Shown one piece after another: positions 17,277 through 27,044 of a DNA stretch of 42,820 bases; the first letter of the stretch is position 1, and each line of letters starts with the position of its first letter. Source of the stretch: an uncultured bacterium. Its GTDB lineage: Bacteria; Patescibacteriota; Saccharimonadia; CAILAD01; BJGX01. The stretch is from NCBI GenBank assembly GCA_903832035.1, contig CAILAD010000001.1:1-42820 (forward strand), in the 5' to 3' direction. A model generated the notes under the pieces. That model was not told the origin of the DNA, ran no database searches, and saw only the letters and a program-made list of their open reading frames with translations. The position numbers and the translations under genes were made by a program.

Positions 17277-19726
17277 AAATAAAGCGACTAGAAATATCTG
17301 GTTTCAAATCATTTGGAAGTCGGAAAATTTTTGAATTCGGGGATGGAATTAGTGCTATAGTCGGTCCGAATGGCTCAGGTAAGAGTAATATAGCTGATGC
17401 CATAAGATGGGTTCTAGGAGAGCAGAAAAATAGGAGGCTTAGAGTATCTAAATCTGAGGATTTAATTTTTCATGGAACAAATAAAATTCCGAAATCAAGC
17501 ATGGCTGAAGTCTCAATACTTTTTGATAACAATAAGGGTATATTCCCCATAAGCTCAGCTGAAGTTGAAATATCAAGAAATCTTTTAAGATCTGGTGAGA
17601 GTGAGTATAAATTAAATGGTAAAAAAATTAGGCTTTTGCAACTCGATGAACTATTAGCTAAAAGTGGTTTTGGCACCGATAGCTACACAGTCGTTGGACA
17701 GGGGTCAATAGATAAGCTTATAACTTCTTCTGGGGCTGACAGAAAAAGATTGTTTGACGAAGCCAGTGGCATAAGACAGTATGATATCCAATACAGAAAT
17801 ACTCAGCAGAAGTTAAATAAGGCACTTCAGAATTCTGATCGGATTAAGGGCCTACTTAAAGAGATTACACCCATTGCTGAAGCGCTCCGCACACAGACAG
17901 CAGGGACAGATAGTCTACCAGCGCTACTAGAAGAGCTGAATCAATTAAGAGTGGGCTATATAACGAGTCAGTCAGAAAAGATAAATAAATTATTGAACGA
18001 CAATTATATTAAGTCTGAGAGCTATAGATCTAGGATATTAGAAATAGAAAAAGCCCTGGATATAATTAGAGAAAACAGCAATCTAGGTAATGTGCAAAAT
18101 AATGAAAATATATCGGAAGACTTAAAGTCCTTAGAGCTTGACAGAGACAACCTGAACCAAAAGGTACTACTTTTAAAGAGCGAGCAGAGTGTACTAGAGG
18201 CTAAGGTGGGGTTAATAACTTCTACGCAGAAAAATAACACCTCGAAAAATGGTTTAAACGAAAGATTGAAAAGAGAACTTTCAGAACTGGTTAAAGTAAA
18301 AAATAAGCATATTCAATTGACGGAGAAAAATGACAAAGAAATTAACGCTATAGAAGAAGTATTACTTGAACTCACAAGGAATTTATCCAGCATGAGAGAT
18401 AAGCTTTCTAGAAATCAAAGAAGTGAATATCTAAATCACGCAAACGGAATAGTGCAAATGATTAGAACTCAGCTCAGACAAAGTAATTCGAAAAAAGATT
18501 TAGATACTAGCCTCAAGAAGCTATCGGACATACTTGAAATTGCACAACAAGAAGACTTTGAAGAAATTGCTTTCAATGTTATAGATATACAAAATAAAAT
18601 TGGACGACACATGTCAAAAAGAGAAGATGTGGTAGATAGGCAAACTCAAGAAGTAATAAGGCTTAGATCGATAGAACTTGATATATCAAGTATTGAGAAG
18701 CGTATATTAGAAATAAATTCTAAAGAAATAGATGAACTTGAAGAGCTAGCTCTACAAAATAAGCAGCTTGATAGATACAATAAGGGCATCCACACACTAC
18801 AGCTGAAGATAGCGGGACTGGACGAAGAGATTAATATTAAAAGAGATGAATTACGCTCGATGGATAATAGTATCAGCGGCGATACTCAGACAAATATTCT
18901 CAAAGATGTTGAGAGACTCGTCACCGATAAGTCAGAAGCGGAATTCCTGCTGGCAAAAAATGAAGAAGAAAGAAAGGGTTTTGAAAAATCCATAGAAGAA
19001 CTAACTTCTAATTCTATTGATTGGTTCGGTGGTAAAAAAATAGACTCAGTTATCAAGGGCAGGGTTGTTGATAAGTCTGAATTGGATATTTTAATCAATA
19101 AAATAGAAGCCCTAAAGAGTATCAATCCGCAACTTATAGAAGAGTCTAAGCAAGCTTCAGAAAGGGTTGAATTCTTAATGCAACAAGAGCATGATCTCGG
19201 CAGTGCTATTCAGGACGCAAGTAAATTATTAGAAAAGCTACAAAGCGATATAGGCTATAAGTTTGATAAGTCATTTGCGAACTTAAACAAATTATTTAGT
19301 AAATATTTTGAAAAATTATTTCCTAACGGTAGAGCAGATATAAGTTTGTCTAGTGATGACAATAATGATTATGGTATAGAAATATATGCCAACCCGGGAG
19401 GTAAAAGGAATAAAAGCATAGATCTTTTATCTGGTGGAGAAAAGGCTATGGCATCAGTCGCATTAATTGCAGCAATTCTATACTGCAATCCAACTCCGTT
19501 TATTGTTCTAGATGAAGTAGATGCCGCTCTCGACGATGAGAATTCAACTAAATTTTGCGATATTCTCAAAGAACTAGCAATAAAAAGCCAGGTAATCATC
19601 ATAACCCACAATCATGAAACCATGCAGGCTGCTTCAAACCTGTATGGTATTACGGCAGGGGCGAAGGGGGATAGTGAGGTGCTACAAATTGCGTTAGAAC
19701 AAGCTAATGAGCTAGTGAAAAGCTAG
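17273..19726 (+). CDS. smc: SMC-family ATPase, short (817 aa)
   Basis: GFKSF, GPNGSGKSN Walker A, Q-loop VGQG, LSGGE signature, LDEVDAALD, ITH; long coiled coil. Confidence 0.88.
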   Translation: MKIKRLEISGFKSFGSRKIFEFGDGISAIVGPNGSGKSNIADAIRWVLGEQKNRRLRVSKSEDLIFHGTNKIPKSSMAEVSILFDNNKGIFPISSAEVEISRNLLRSGESEYKLNGKKIRLLQLDELLAKSGFGTDSYTVVGQGSIDKLITSSGADRKRLFDEASGIRQYDIQYRNTQQKLNKALQNSDRIKGLLKEITPIAEALRTQTAGTDSLPALLEELNQLRVGYITSQSEKINKLLNDNYIKSESYRSRILEIEKALDIIRENSNLGNVQNNENISEDLKSLELDRDNLNQKVLLLKSEQSVLEAKVGLITSTQKNNTSKNGLNERLKRELSELVKVKNKHIQLTEKNDKEINAIEEVLLELTRNLSSMRDKLSRNQRSEYLNHANGIVQMIRTQLRQSNSKKDLDTSLKKLSDILEIAQQEDFEEIAFNVIDIQNKIGRHMSKREDVVDRQTQEVIRLRSIELDISSIEKRILEINSKEIDELEELALQNKQLDRYNKGIHTLQLKIAGLDEEINIKRDELRSMDNSISGDTQTNILKDVERLVTDKSEAEFLLAKNEEERKGFEKSIEELTSNSIDWFGGKKIDSVIKGRVVDKSELDILINKIEALKSINPQLIEESKQASERVEFLMQQEHDLGSAIQDASKLLEKLQSDIGYKFDKSFANLNKLFSKYFEKLFPNGRADISLSSDDNNDYGIEIYANPGGKRNKSIDLLSGGEKAMASVALIAAILYCNPTPFIVLDEVDAALDDENSTKFCDILKELAIKSQVIIITHNHETMQAASNLYGITAGAKGDSEVLQIALEQANELVKS

Positions 19727-19741
19727 ACGTATCTAAACCTG

Positions 19742-19771
19742 TTGACAAGATGGGTATTTTACAGGTAAAAT
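19742..19771 (+). promoter_or_regulatory. rpsP promoter
   Basis: TTGACA-18-TAAAAT. Confidence 0.7.
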
Positions 19772-19826
19772 AGGGCATATTAGTTTTGCGGTTTACACCG
19801 CCTTAATTATTTAAAGTAAGGAAAAA

Positions 19827-20297
19827 ATGGTAGTTATTCGACTGGCCCGACATGGGCGACACAAATATCCAACTTATAGAATTGTAGCAGCCGATAAAAG
19901 ACGAGCAGCAACAGGCAAGTTTTTAGCTATTCTAGGGTCATACAATCCACATACCAAAGAAATAAAACTTAACAAAGAAGAAATTTCTAAGTACTTAGAT
20001 AATGGCGCACAGGCTTCAGACCGAGTTCTAAGACTGTTAAATAATGAAAAGATTGAGTTGCCTAAGTGGGCCAAGACTCATGATAGAAACAAGAAGCCTA
20101 AGAGAGCGGAAGAAGAAAAAGAAGAAAATGCCACTGCAGAAGTAGCAAGTGATGCAGCAGAGGCTGCAGAGGTTAAGGCTGAAGAAATTAAAGCCGAAGC
20201 TGGAACTGCTAAGGAAGAAGCAGTTCAAGAGGAAGCTGCTGAATCAACTGAAGAAGTTGCAAAAGCTGTTGAAGAAACCAACAAAGATCAACAATAG
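19827..20297 (+). CDS. rpsP: 30S ribosomal protein S16 with acidic C-terminal tail
   Basis: MVVIRLARHG...YRIVAAD...LGSYNP...GAQASDRV. Confidence 0.97.
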   Translation: MVVIRLARHGRHKYPTYRIVAADKRRAATGKFLAILGSYNPHTKEIKLNKEEISKYLDNGAQASDRVLRLLNNEKIELPKWAKTHDRNKKPKRAEEEKEENATAEVASDAAEAAEVKAEEIKAEAGTAKEEAVQEEAAESTEEVAKAVEETNKDQQ

Positions 20298-20385
20298 AAC
20301 TAGTAGCTCTCAAACAACTACAAAAAATATATATAGACTGTATAATAAAATTGTTTAAGTAACATTAACAAAGGAGATTTTCAGT

Positions 20386-20790
20386 ATGTCAGAGTTAGAA
20401 AAAGACCAGGTATTTGTTGAGTATGTTATTAAGGCCTTAGTGGATAAGCCAGAAAAGGTGCAGATAAAACGTACTGTGGACGATAGAGGCGTCTTACTAG
20501 AGCTAACTGTCGACCCAGAAGACATGGGGAAAGTAATTGGCAAGGAGGGGGCAACCGCTAAATCTATCCGCACTCTTCTTCGTGTGCTAGGTGCTAAGGA
20601 TGATGAGCGGTATAATTTGAAGATTACCGAGCCAGAAGGGTCGACTCACGATTCAACTACTAGAGAAGAGAATACAGATTCTAAGGCAGTCGACACATCG
20701 GATAGGATATCAGAAATAGACACTAGTAAGTCTGAAGCCATAAAGGCCAAAGCGCGAGAGGGTATTGAAGACCTTGACACAGATATTTAG
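20386..20790 (+). CDS. khpA: KH-domain RNA-binding protein KhpA
   Basis: LVDKPEKV, DMGKVIGKEGATAKSIRTLL; follows rpsP. Confidence 0.92.
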   Translation: MSELEKDQVFVEYVIKALVDKPEKVQIKRTVDDRGVLLELTVDPEDMGKVIGKEGATAKSIRTLLRVLGAKDDERYNLKITEPEGSTHDSTTREENTDSKAVDTSDRISEIDTSKSEAIKAKAREGIEDLDTDI

Positions 20791-20811
20791 AAATCTATTT
20801 GTGAATTAAAT

Positions 20812-21489
20812 ATGAAAAAGATTAGTATTATAACACTATTTACTGGTATGTTTGGGCCTGTCTTAAATACATCTATGCTCAAAAAAGCGCAGCAAGAAGG
20901 TTTAGTAGAATTTAATTTAGTAGATTTAAGGGATTTTGGTATTGGCCCTAGAAAAACTGTTGACGACACCCCTTATGGTGGTGGTGCGGGTATGGTTTTG
21001 CGTTGCGAACCAATATTTGAAGCTGTTGAGAGCATAAAGAAAGAAGATCCAGGGGCGTTAGTTATTATGATGACCCCGCGGGGTAAAAAATATTCCCAGC
21101 ATGTTGCAAGTAAGTTAAGTAGTGGTAAAAATATTATTATTTTGTGTGGCCACTATGAAGGTTTCGATGAGAGAATACTTAGTATTGTGGATCATGAAAT
21201 TTCAATGGGAGACTTCATACTTACTGGAGGAGAAATACCAGCCATGGCTATAGTAGACAGTGTAGTAAGGTTGATTCCTGGTGTTTTGGGAGATGAGCGG
21301 TCTAATAAGGATGAGTCATTCTCTAGGGGGCTGCTTGAATATCCTCACTATACTAGACCCGAAGAGTTTGAGGGAATGAAGGTCCCAGGTGTTTTAAAAA
21401 GTGGAAACCATGCAGAAATAGAAAAGTGGCGAAGGTCTGAATCGGTTAAAAAGACCGAAGACTCCAGGCCAGATTTGATAGGATTTTAA
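20812..21489 (+). CDS. trmD: tRNA (m1G37) methyltransferase
   Basis: VDDTPYGGGAGM, CGHYEGFDER, SMGDFILTGGE, YTRP, SGNH. Confidence 0.98.
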   Translation: MKKISIITLFTGMFGPVLNTSMLKKAQQEGLVEFNLVDLRDFGIGPRKTVDDTPYGGGAGMVLRCEPIFEAVESIKKEDPGALVIMMTPRGKKYSQHVASKLSSGKNIIILCGHYEGFDERILSIVDHEISMGDFILTGGEIPAMAIVDSVVRLIPGVLGDERSNKDESFSRGLLEYPHYTRPEEFEGMKVPGVLKSGNHAEIEKWRRSESVKKTEDSRPDLIGF

Positions 21490-21529
21490 CTGGAAGAAAA
21501 GACTCTAAAATGCTAGACTAACTTTATAA

Positions 21530-21604
21530 TGGGACGTGGCCAAGTGGTAAGGCGCCTGATTCTGGCTCAGGAGATCGTAGGTTCGAATCCTACCGTCCCA
21601 GCCA
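21530..21604 (+). tRNA. tRNA-Gln (CTG)
   Basis: Acceptor TGGGACG/CGTCCCA; anticodon arm CCTGA-TTCTGGC-TCAGG; GTTCGAATC; encoded CCA. Confidence 0.96.
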
Positions 21605-21611
21605 GCATGCT

Positions 21612-21635
21612 AAGGATTTTTTAAGTCCTTTTTTT
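21612..21635 (+). terminator. Rho-independent terminator after tRNA-Gln
   Basis: AAGGATTT/AAGTCCTT stem followed by a T-run. Confidence 0.65.
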
Positions 21636-21739
21636 GTACAAATTTACAGCTATTATGCTATTATATTTAGCATAAGAACTTAAGAGGTATATCGTGACTT
21701 TGAAAAATAAAATAGATAAAAGATATGCAGTCCTTTAAC

Positions 21740-21844
21740 TTTTATACTACATATTGAAATTATTATTATCCGTATTTGTCCTATTAAACCTATTGGGACT
21801 CATAAATAAGTATGTCGTTGCACCCCACAGTAAACAATAAAATA
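21740..21844 (-). pseudogene. Frameshifted remnant duplicating the 3' end of the 22387-22947 gene
   Basis: ~105-nt imperfect direct repeat of 22402-22508, with a 1-nt deletion (GGACTCAT vs AAGCCTCAT) and substitutions. Confidence 0.85.
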
Positions 21845-21900
21845 ACCTTGTTTAATAAATCAATTTCGGTCATACTTATCTTATTAAATAAAGGAGTTTT

Positions 21901-22308
21901 ATGTTAAATTTTGTAATTACTAATTATTTCGGGATTATTTTGGCCTCGTTCTTTGCGGTTATCGTTGCAGTAGTTTGGCATTCACCACTAGTTTTAGGAA
22001 AAATATGGCAAAAAGAAGCTGGCGTAGAATCTAAAGATATCAAGAGTATCTCAATTAGTAATTATCTAATCGCTCTATCGATGATTCTTTTAACTGCTGT
22101 TGTGCTAAAAAGAGTCTTGGTTATCACTAACCCCCAGACATTATTTGATGCAATCAAGCTTTCTGTATGGATATGGGTTGGCTTTATGGTTACGTATGTT
22201 GTGGTAGGTGGAATTTTTGAGAAAGTTTCAAAAAAACTAATCTTAATAGATTTGGTAGGACAGGTGATAATACTTATCACAATGATTTCAGTATTGTATT
22301 ACTACTAA
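21901..22308 (+). CDS. DUF1761 family membrane protein
   Basis: NYFGIILA...WHSPLVLGKIW...IWVGF...LILID pattern; AAAGGAG SD. Confidence 0.8.
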   Translation: MLNFVITNYFGIILASFFAVIVAVVWHSPLVLGKIWQKEAGVESKDIKSISISNYLIALSMILLTAVVLKRVLVITNPQTLFDAIKLSVWIWVGFMVTYVVVGGIFEKVSKKLILIDLVGQVIILITMISVLYYY

Positions 22309-22386
22309 ACCGACGGGCAACCAGGTTATTAGTATTGAGCCAGTTAAATCACTTTTAAAAACCAAATAAATAATTGTGTATTTTGT

Positions 22387-22947
22387 TTACTGTCTGTCAA
22401 TTTTTATACTATATATTGAAATTATTATTATCCATATTTGTCCTATTAAACCTATTGAAGCCTCATAAATAAGTATGTCGTTGCGCCCCACAGTTAAAAA
22501 TAAAAATAGGACTATTATTAAGACTAATGATGTCAAACTAAAATTTATTATCTTAACAGTTTTATCGCTACTTTTAATACCCATATAAAAAATACCTAGA
22601 TAGAAAAATGCAGAAAACATCACTGCCCCTAATGCGTGCAATGGGTAACCCCAGCTAGTCGTATAGGGGGCAAATAGCGCTATCACTAGAAATAATAAAG
22701 ATATATTAAATAATTCAGTAGGAGTTGCTATCTGGTATTTTAAATGAAAGTTAACAAATAAAAAAAAGGTTGCTGAAACTAACATAAATCCCAATATGAA
22801 TAATATATGCGTTTCTTTTATTGCTAGAAAGCTACTAAGGGCAGCACTCAATGATAGCTGGTTCGGTAATTTGGTATAAAGAAATATTAATAATAACCAC
22901 TCCATAGTAACCATATATATACCAAGGTATTTGGAGTGTTTTTTCAT
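22387..22947 (-). CDS. Multi-pass membrane protein (possibly DUF998-like)
   Basis: About 6 hydrophobic helices; intramembrane His (LHALGA). Confidence 0.7.
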   Translation of the reverse strand: MKKHSKYLGIYMVTMEWLLLIFLYTKLPNQLSLSAALSSFLAIKETHILFILGFMLVSATFFLFVNFHLKYQIATPTELFNISLLFLVIALFAPYTTSWGYPLHALGAVMFSAFFYLGIFYMGIKSSDKTVKIINFSLTSLVLIIVLFLFLTVGRNDILIYEASIGLIGQIWIIIISIYSIKIDRQ

Positions 22948-22959
22948 ATTATGATTGTT

Positions 22960-24213
22960 TTATTTTTTATTTTTTATTGCAATCAATAAAAGGCAGATTA
23001 ATCCAGCTAAGACCGCCAAGGTAATTATGAAGGCTGTATTTTTTATTGGAGCTACAAATATGAAGAATGCTGATATAAGTATACTGGCAGTTATTATTAC
23101 ATCACCGTGTCCACTTAGCCATCTATACACAGGAGTCTTTGCGAGACCCTTTGTGAGTGAACTAATTTCATTCTTCACCCTTAGTGCAGGCACTGATTCG
23201 CCAGTTAAGTAAGCAAATATAGCTACAATAATCATTACAGTTAGGGCTGTCTGTAAGTAGCTCATTAGGTCGTTCGTGATAGTACTATACATAACCTGAG
23301 CGCTAGCTGAGCTTATTGCTGAAATTTGATGGGTTACATTTGATACAAACAGATAATCACCAACACTTATAACAATGATGAGCATTAAAAGTAAGCTAGA
23401 ACTTACATAAGCAATCTTAAGTATCGGCTTTCTTCTGTTCCTTGATTGCCACAACGTAATTAGGACAAGGGCTAGAGCTATAAACGGCAGCCATATTGAT
23501 AAAGAATTTATTGTGTTAGCTATAAATAGAATTAATGGAAGGTTATTTACAGCTGCTATCTCGATTCTAATATTTAAACTAGATACATTTATATTATTCA
23601 CAAATCCTAGACCTGATGATGCTAGTGAACCTTTAATATTATCTAGAACGGGTGCTATATTAAGCATTACTTTATCTTTTTGTATGTAAACAACCTCGCC
23701 CGTAGCAGATTCTTGGGATTTGCTGTTTGCTGTTTTGATTGTCTTTATCAAAGCGCTATGTGCTTGTTTATTTGCATCTTTCCAGAAACCCAAGAACTTA
23801 GACGATCCTAGTAATTTAGTTACTTGGTCCACGGTAAAGGACTTTATTGAGCTACTTATAGGGCTCGCAAGGGGCTTGGCTTTATCAGGCAAAAGATCAC
23901 TTACGTATTGATCAACATTCACAGCTTTAAATATTGCTTGAGTACTTGCTGTCGAAATATCTTGCTGCACCGCATTGTTAGCTACAATAGCGCTGGTTTT
24001 ATTAACCCATGTATTTGTATCGAAAATAGTTTGACGAATCCAGAACGAAATTATGGAAAGACAGAAAATTAAGGCAGTTAAAAAAACCAGTATGGCAGTT
24101 ACGAATGCACTGCCCTTACTCATTTGTTTATCCGAACTTTTAAGTTTGTATTCAAGGTCAGCTATCTTCTTCTCGAGCTCAGCTTTTGATTCTGTTTTAT
24201 TATTTTTTACCAT
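22960..24213 (-). CDS. Integral membrane protein with large extracytoplasmic loop
   Basis: N-terminal coiled coil, TM, WIRQTIFDTNTWV motif, several C-terminal TMs; AAAGGAG SD favours ATG 24213 over TTG 24219. Confidence 0.75.
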   Translation of the reverse strand: MVKNNKTESKAELEKKIADLEYKLKSSDKQMSKGSAFVTAILVFLTALIFCLSIISFWIRQTIFDTNTWVNKTSAIVANNAVQQDISTASTQAIFKAVNVDQYVSDLLPDKAKPLASPISSSIKSFTVDQVTKLLGSSKFLGFWKDANKQAHSALIKTIKTANSKSQESATGEVVYIQKDKVMLNIAPVLDNIKGSLASSGLGFVNNINVSSLNIRIEIAAVNNLPLILFIANTINSLSIWLPFIALALVLITLWQSRNRRKPILKIAYVSSSLLLMLIIVISVGDYLFVSNVTHQISAISSASAQVMYSTITNDLMSYLQTALTVMIIVAIFAYLTGESVPALRVKNEISSLTKGLAKTPVYRWLSGHGDVIITASILISAFFIFVAPIKNTAFIITLAVLAGLICLLLIAIKNKK

Positions 24214-24763
24214 TACCAACTCCTTTATTAGTAGACTTCATTAGTATACTAGATAGTAATAGCATAATTCCTATCACTAGTGCGTAGAGACCTACCAGCC
24301 AAGTAATATTAAGAATTCCGGCTACAGGGAAGAGTATTAAATATAGACCGAATAGTAGAGATATCACGCCTGTAAAAGCAAATAGCCAACCAAATTCAAG
24401 TTTTAACTTCCTAGCCTTACTGGCTAGGATAATATCTAATACCCCAAAAAGTATTGCCCATAACGCTAGCACTACAGCAATAATGCCAGCCGCAAACTCT
24501 GGTTTTATTATGAGATATAGCCCAAAAACTACGCTAAGTACCCCAATAATTATATCCATAATGGAGTGTGGATTGGTTCTATCAAAAAGTGGTTCAAATA
24601 TTGAATAAAGCCCTACACTTATTAAGTTAAGTGCAAAGAATAGAACCACTACATAAACTGTTGCAACCGGCCATACTAGAATTATGATACCCAATAATGC
24701 ATTGGCTATTCCGCGCCAGGCTATAGCACTTCTAGTGGGTGTGTTTACGAACTCAAGATACAT
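24200..24763 (-). CDS. HdeD/DUF308 family membrane protein
   Basis: RGIANALLGIIILVWP; two DUF308-like repeats; promoter TTGCGA-17-TACAAT (24817-24789) and AGAGG SD. Confidence 0.85.
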   Translation of the reverse strand: MYLEFVNTPTRSAIAWRGIANALLGIIILVWPVATVYVVVLFFALNLISVGLYSIFEPLFDRTNPHSIMDIIIGVLSVVFGLYLIIKPEFAAGIIAVVLALWAILFGVLDIILASKARKLKLEFGWLFAFTGVISLLFGLYLILFPVAGILNITWLVGLYALVIGIMLLLSSILMKSTNKGVGNGKK

Positions 24764-24824
24764 TTTTACCTCTTATGTTAATAATATTATTGTAAAGCTA
24801 TCTTGATATATTCGCAAATATATA

Positions 24825-24854
24825 CTAAAAAATACACCTAGGTGTATTTTTTAG
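24825..24854 (-). terminator. Perfect 30-bp palindrome, probable terminator of the upstream hdeD-like gene
   Basis: CTAAAAAATACACCTAGGTGTATTTTTTAG equals its own reverse complement; lies 15 nt past the stop at 24870. Confidence 0.7.
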
Positions 24855-24869
24855 ATAATCAAATTTAGA

Positions 24870-25415
24870 TTATTTTTTTGATTTCTTAGGAACGTCCATG
24901 AATAGACTAGCAAGCACATACATAGCACCAGTGACGAATGCGTAAACACCAAGTACCCATATAAAGCTAACTAATGTTACTACCGGATAGAATAGAAGGT
25001 AGATTCCGAAAAGTACGGATATAAGCCCTACAATCACGAAGAGAGTTCTGTAGCCACCCTCAACACCCTTGCTTCCTAGGCCGATCATTAAGTCTGAGAT
25101 ACCAAATAGTAGCGCCCAGAAAGCTACGATCAAACCAAGTAGGTCAGCAGTTAATACTGGGCGACCCAAGAGGTAAAATCCTACTAGTATGCCTAGTATT
25201 CCTAGTAGTACCGTCAATACCGCGTGAGATGTTTTTTCTACCATAGGTCTAAATACCTCTATCGTGCCGACAGCTATAATGTTTATCGCAAAAACTACAA
25301 CTAATATATAAAGTGTTAACCCTGGCCAAGTAATCGCTATTAAACCTAATAATATGTTTGCAATACCCCTTAGAGCTAATGAGCTTTTAGTTGGTTGTGC
25401 TACTACATTTTCCAT
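24870..25415 (-). CDS. HdeD/DUF308 family membrane protein (tandem paralogue)
   Basis: LRGIANILLGLIAITWPG, GLISVLFGIYLLFYP; own TTGCCT-18-TATACT promoter and AAGGAG SD. Confidence 0.85.
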   Translation of the reverse strand: MENVVAQPTKSSLALRGIANILLGLIAITWPGLTLYILVVVFAINIIAVGTIEVFRPMVEKTSHAVLTVLLGILGILVGFYLLGRPVLTADLLGLIVAFWALLFGISDLMIGLGSKGVEGGYRTLFVIVGLISVLFGIYLLFYPVVTLVSFIWVLGVYAFVTGAMYVLASLFMDVPKKSKK

Positions 25416-25465
25416 TTTTTTCTCCTTAATTATTTACATAATTAGTATAACCCTTATGTAATAGC

Positions 25466-26587
25466 CTAGGCAAGTTTATTTGACTTGAGGCTATAGTCTT
25501 TCATATTACTAATATTACGTAAAAAAAGTACCAACCAAGTAAATGTAAGGCTAAAGGCTATTAGTTCGAATGCAGTCTGGTTAAAGTAGCCTAGGGGTCT
25601 CCAGAGTGCAAAACTAGCAAAGAGAGATCCTAATAATACATATGAATTAACCATGAAAGTCTTGCTTAGACTTGGAATAAACCATCTTAGGCCAATCACT
25701 ATGATACTAAAACTGCAGATTAGGTTATAAGCAGAAATATTATGTAGTGACGGGTATACATTCCAAGGAAATAGTCCTACACCGGTTAAGCTTAAACTTA
25801 TCAGTACAAAAAGTACATTTACAACCCTAGTTTTATATGTGGCACTACTTTTTCGGCCCTTTATAATTACCTTTAGGTCACTAAGCATATAGTCTGCAAG
25901 GCAGAGCAGAAGAAAGCCAGACAGTATCATCGTGACATTGAAGGGTATGGCTGAGCGAGCACTGGTTGCTCCAAGACTAGAGAAATTTACCTGCCACCAT
26001 TGGGGGTTATTGGTTGTTACCATACTTATATAGGTACCACCTACTATAAATAAGATGAGTGCATTTACCACGCCTGTAGTCTTGAGATCGACTGAGGTGT
26101 TAATTACGATATATACGGTGAGGGCTGAAAATATACCAACAATTATAGAAGATGATAGGTCGGGCATCACAATTCCCTTGAAGGCCTCGTTAAAAGCGTA
26201 TATAGCTATAGCAGTCAGAACTAAAGAAATTATAGTGTAAGCTGTCGAAAGTGTAACGCAATTGAATAATAGCTTAGGCTTTTTTAAGTCTAACTTATCA
26301 ATACCACCTGAGTATCTCTGGCCCATCAAGAAACCGAAAATAAAACCCAGAAAAGTTATTACACCCGCATCTATCATTGCCGCTCCACCTATCGAGGGCC
26401 AGCCGGAAAGTCTCACATCACCATTATTTATGTAAAATATGATTAGCCATATTAGCGCCGTAAATCCACCGACCGGAAGCGCAAAATATAACGCTAGATT
26501 TTCAGCGAAACTTGATCTACTTTCATTTTTTTGGCTTTTGATAAATTTTTTAATCACCCAATAAGTATAATATGCATCCACTGCCAT
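25466..26587 (-). CDS. DUF998-like multi-pass membrane protein (start may be GTG 26557)
   Basis: About 10 TMs; PQWWQVNFSSLG, FNVTMILSG, GVGLFP, LHN, TAFELI motifs. Confidence 0.7.
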   Translation of the reverse strand: MAVDAYYTYWVIKKFIKSQKNESRSSFAENLALYFALPVGGFTALIWLIIFYINNGDVRLSGWPSIGGAAMIDAGVITFLGFIFGFLMGQRYSGGIDKLDLKKPKLLFNCVTLSTAYTIISLVLTAIAIYAFNEAFKGIVMPDLSSSIIVGIFSALTVYIVINTSVDLKTTGVVNALILFIVGGTYISMVTTNNPQWWQVNFSSLGATSARSAIPFNVTMILSGFLLLCLADYMLSDLKVIIKGRKSSATYKTRVVNVLFVLISLSLTGVGLFPWNVYPSLHNISAYNLICSFSIIVIGLRWFIPSLSKTFMVNSYVLLGSLFASFALWRPLGYFNQTAFELIAFSLTFTWLVLFLRNISNMKDYSLKSNKLA

Positions 26588-26687
26588 TGCTATAAATACA
26601 AGCTAAGCTTGTTTTTTTATGTATTTGGTACCATAATTATTCATTAGATATTGTACCTAGCATCTTCAGACAAAAGGAGCTTGTTCA

Positions 26688-27044
26688 GTGCTTTTTCATA
26701 GGGAAGATTGCTATAAGGTTGAATGGTCTGCAAAGCATGAAGTTTTCATCATGATGAGTATTGAGCACTACCGTTTAGCATGCTTTGATACTGAGTACCT
26801 GACCTTTTTTGAAGCTGTAGACCTTCTTCACAAAACAAAATTAATTTTCAGTACTAAAAGGATCGATGAATCAGGATTCATTGATAGCTCATCAAAGTCC
26901 GTAACTATTACAGAGACTGAAGTGGGCCTGAATCGGTTACTCACATCTCTATTTAGGGATCATCTCGGAGTAGATGATGTATCTAAAATTAGTGATATGG
27001 TGGATGACACTATAAGCAGTCTTATAGAAAGCGAAGTTCACTAG
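26688..27044 (+). CDS. Hypothetical soluble protein, monocistronic
   Basis: TTGTTT-17-CATAAT promoter (26609-26637), AAAGGAG SD, GTG start, terminator directly after the stop. Confidence 0.7.
   Translation: MLFHREDCYKVEWSAKHEVFIMMSIEHYRLACFDTEYLTFFEAVDLLHKTKLIFSTKRIDESGFIDSSSKSVTITETEVGLNRLLTSLFRDHLGVDDVSKISDMVDDTISSLIESEVH

Noticed and set aside
20149..20358. 69-aa Leu/Lys-rich alternate-frame ORF
   Set aside because: Frame shadow of the GAA/GCT-rich S16 tail; no SD
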